This document shows positions 63,585-64,000 of a DNA stretch of 64,000 nucleotides, piece by piece. The DNA comes from Naegleria gruberi (lineage: Eukaryota), in NCBI GenBank assembly GCA_000004985.1, contig GG738845.1; one strand, written 5' to 3'. Position numbers and translations under genes: made by a program. Within the stretch, counting starts at the first letter, position 1. Each line of letters opens with the position of its first letter. Below the pieces are notes generated by a model. That model was not told the origin of the DNA, made no database searches, and saw only the letters and a program-made list of their open reading frames with translations.

Positions 63585-64000
63585 TTATTCTTTTGTACTG
63601 TTTGGTCTTGGTGGCTTAAGGATTGGATTTAGCGTACTAGCTGTTTTTCTAATGACTCTTCGAACCGGAATTATGGGTTCTTCAGGCGGTTCGGATGGGG
63701 TTGGTTCTGCAATCCTAACTTTTATCTTTTTAATATCTGTGCTGTCTTGGGCTTCTGTTGTTGATAGAAATGTAGGATTTTGGGTTGGCTTTGTGGCCAC
63801 TGCTCTTTTTCTTCTGGTTGACTGATCAGATTCAGGTTCCATTGTGCTTCTCAAAGGTTGAGTTTGAATTGTGGATTGATTTTGTGAAAGTGGTTTGGGC
63901 ATACATGACATTCTTCTTGTTGGTGCTCTTTGTTGTCTGACTCCTTGAATTGGGTTTTTAAACCCCACAAGTTGTTCTTTTGTTTTTTCCTTAAATGTTT
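63585..64000 (-). CDS. 3' part of an uncharacterised basic P/T/S-rich protein; CDS continues beyond window end
   Basis: The minus-strand frame is open from the window edge to the stop at 63585 (...RRKRAVATKPTQNPTF...PILKPPRPNSTKE*). The listed M at 63968 is a GTG; the true start lies outside the window. Confidence 0.3.
   Translation of the reverse strand, partial: TFKEKTKEQLVGFKNPIQGVRQQRAPTRRMSCMPKPLSQNQSTIQTQPLRSTMEPESDQSTRRKRAVATKPTQNPTFLSTTEAQDSTDIKKIKVRIAEPTPSEPPEEPIIPVRRVIRKTASTLNPILKPPRPNSTKE

Noticed and set aside
1-64000. Prokaryotic-style features (CRISPR arrays, operons, defence islands, IS elements), tRNA/rRNA genes, or eukaryotic transposons
   Set aside because: No direct-repeat/spacer arrays, no Shine-Dalgarno-coupled gene strings, no terminal inverted repeats, LTRs or reverse-transcriptase/transposase ORFs. 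No tRNA-like A/B-box cloverleaf candidates in intergenic spacers. All sizeable ORFs are ordinary eukaryotic nuclear genes.
1-64000. Assignment of the window to Dictyostelium, an apicomplexan or a Dikarya fungus based on AT-richness and short introns
   Set aside because: MNS1 (axonemal) and SCAR/WAVE plus Ras argue against Dikarya and apicomplexans. Absence of long homopolymeric N/Q tracts and very short introns or spacers argue against Dictyostelium. Left as 'flagellated aerobic protist or zoosporic fungus, unresolved'.

Overview
This 64-kb window is an AT-rich (about 33-36% GC), extremely gene-dense nuclear segment from a unicellular eukaryote. It uses the standard genetic code and GT-AG introns, mostly 35-55 nt long. 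I count about 40 protein-coding genes, roughly one per 1.6 kb, and one 60-N assembly gap at 2120-2179. I saw no prokaryotic features (no CRISPR, operons or IS elements), no recognisable transposons, and no rRNA or tRNA genes. The ORF track allows TTG/GTG starts and fragments several genes, so I rebuilt exon structures by homology-guided reading of splice sites; splice coordinates are hand-derived and may be off by a base.

Gene content:
- Housekeeping: RPS2/uS5, adenylosuccinate synthetase, NAT10, zuotin/DNAJC2, COQ7, mitoribosomal bL28m, a P5A ATPase, a mitochondrial carrier.
- Signalling: a Ras-like and a Rab32-like GTPase, an EDR1-domain MAP3K, a DHHC palmitoyltransferase.
- Cytoskeleton and cilium: SCAR/WAVE, MNS1.
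- Lineage-informative: a Zn2Cys6 factor, MMADHC, a KAR5/GEX1-like protein, TMEM43.

Most notable observations:
- Micro-exons of 6, 8, 13 and 20 nt in the two small-GTPase genes.
- Four head-to-head gene pairs whose ATGs are only 22-36 bp apart.
- Convergent genes whose stop codons overlap (shared TTAA) or abut.
- A recurrent non-canonical GTTTGT 5' splice site.
- An RRP5-like gene that has only HAT repeats and an unresolved frame break.

I found no novel multi-gene system. Lineage is uncertain; an aerobic flagellated protist or zoosporic early-diverging fungus fits best.
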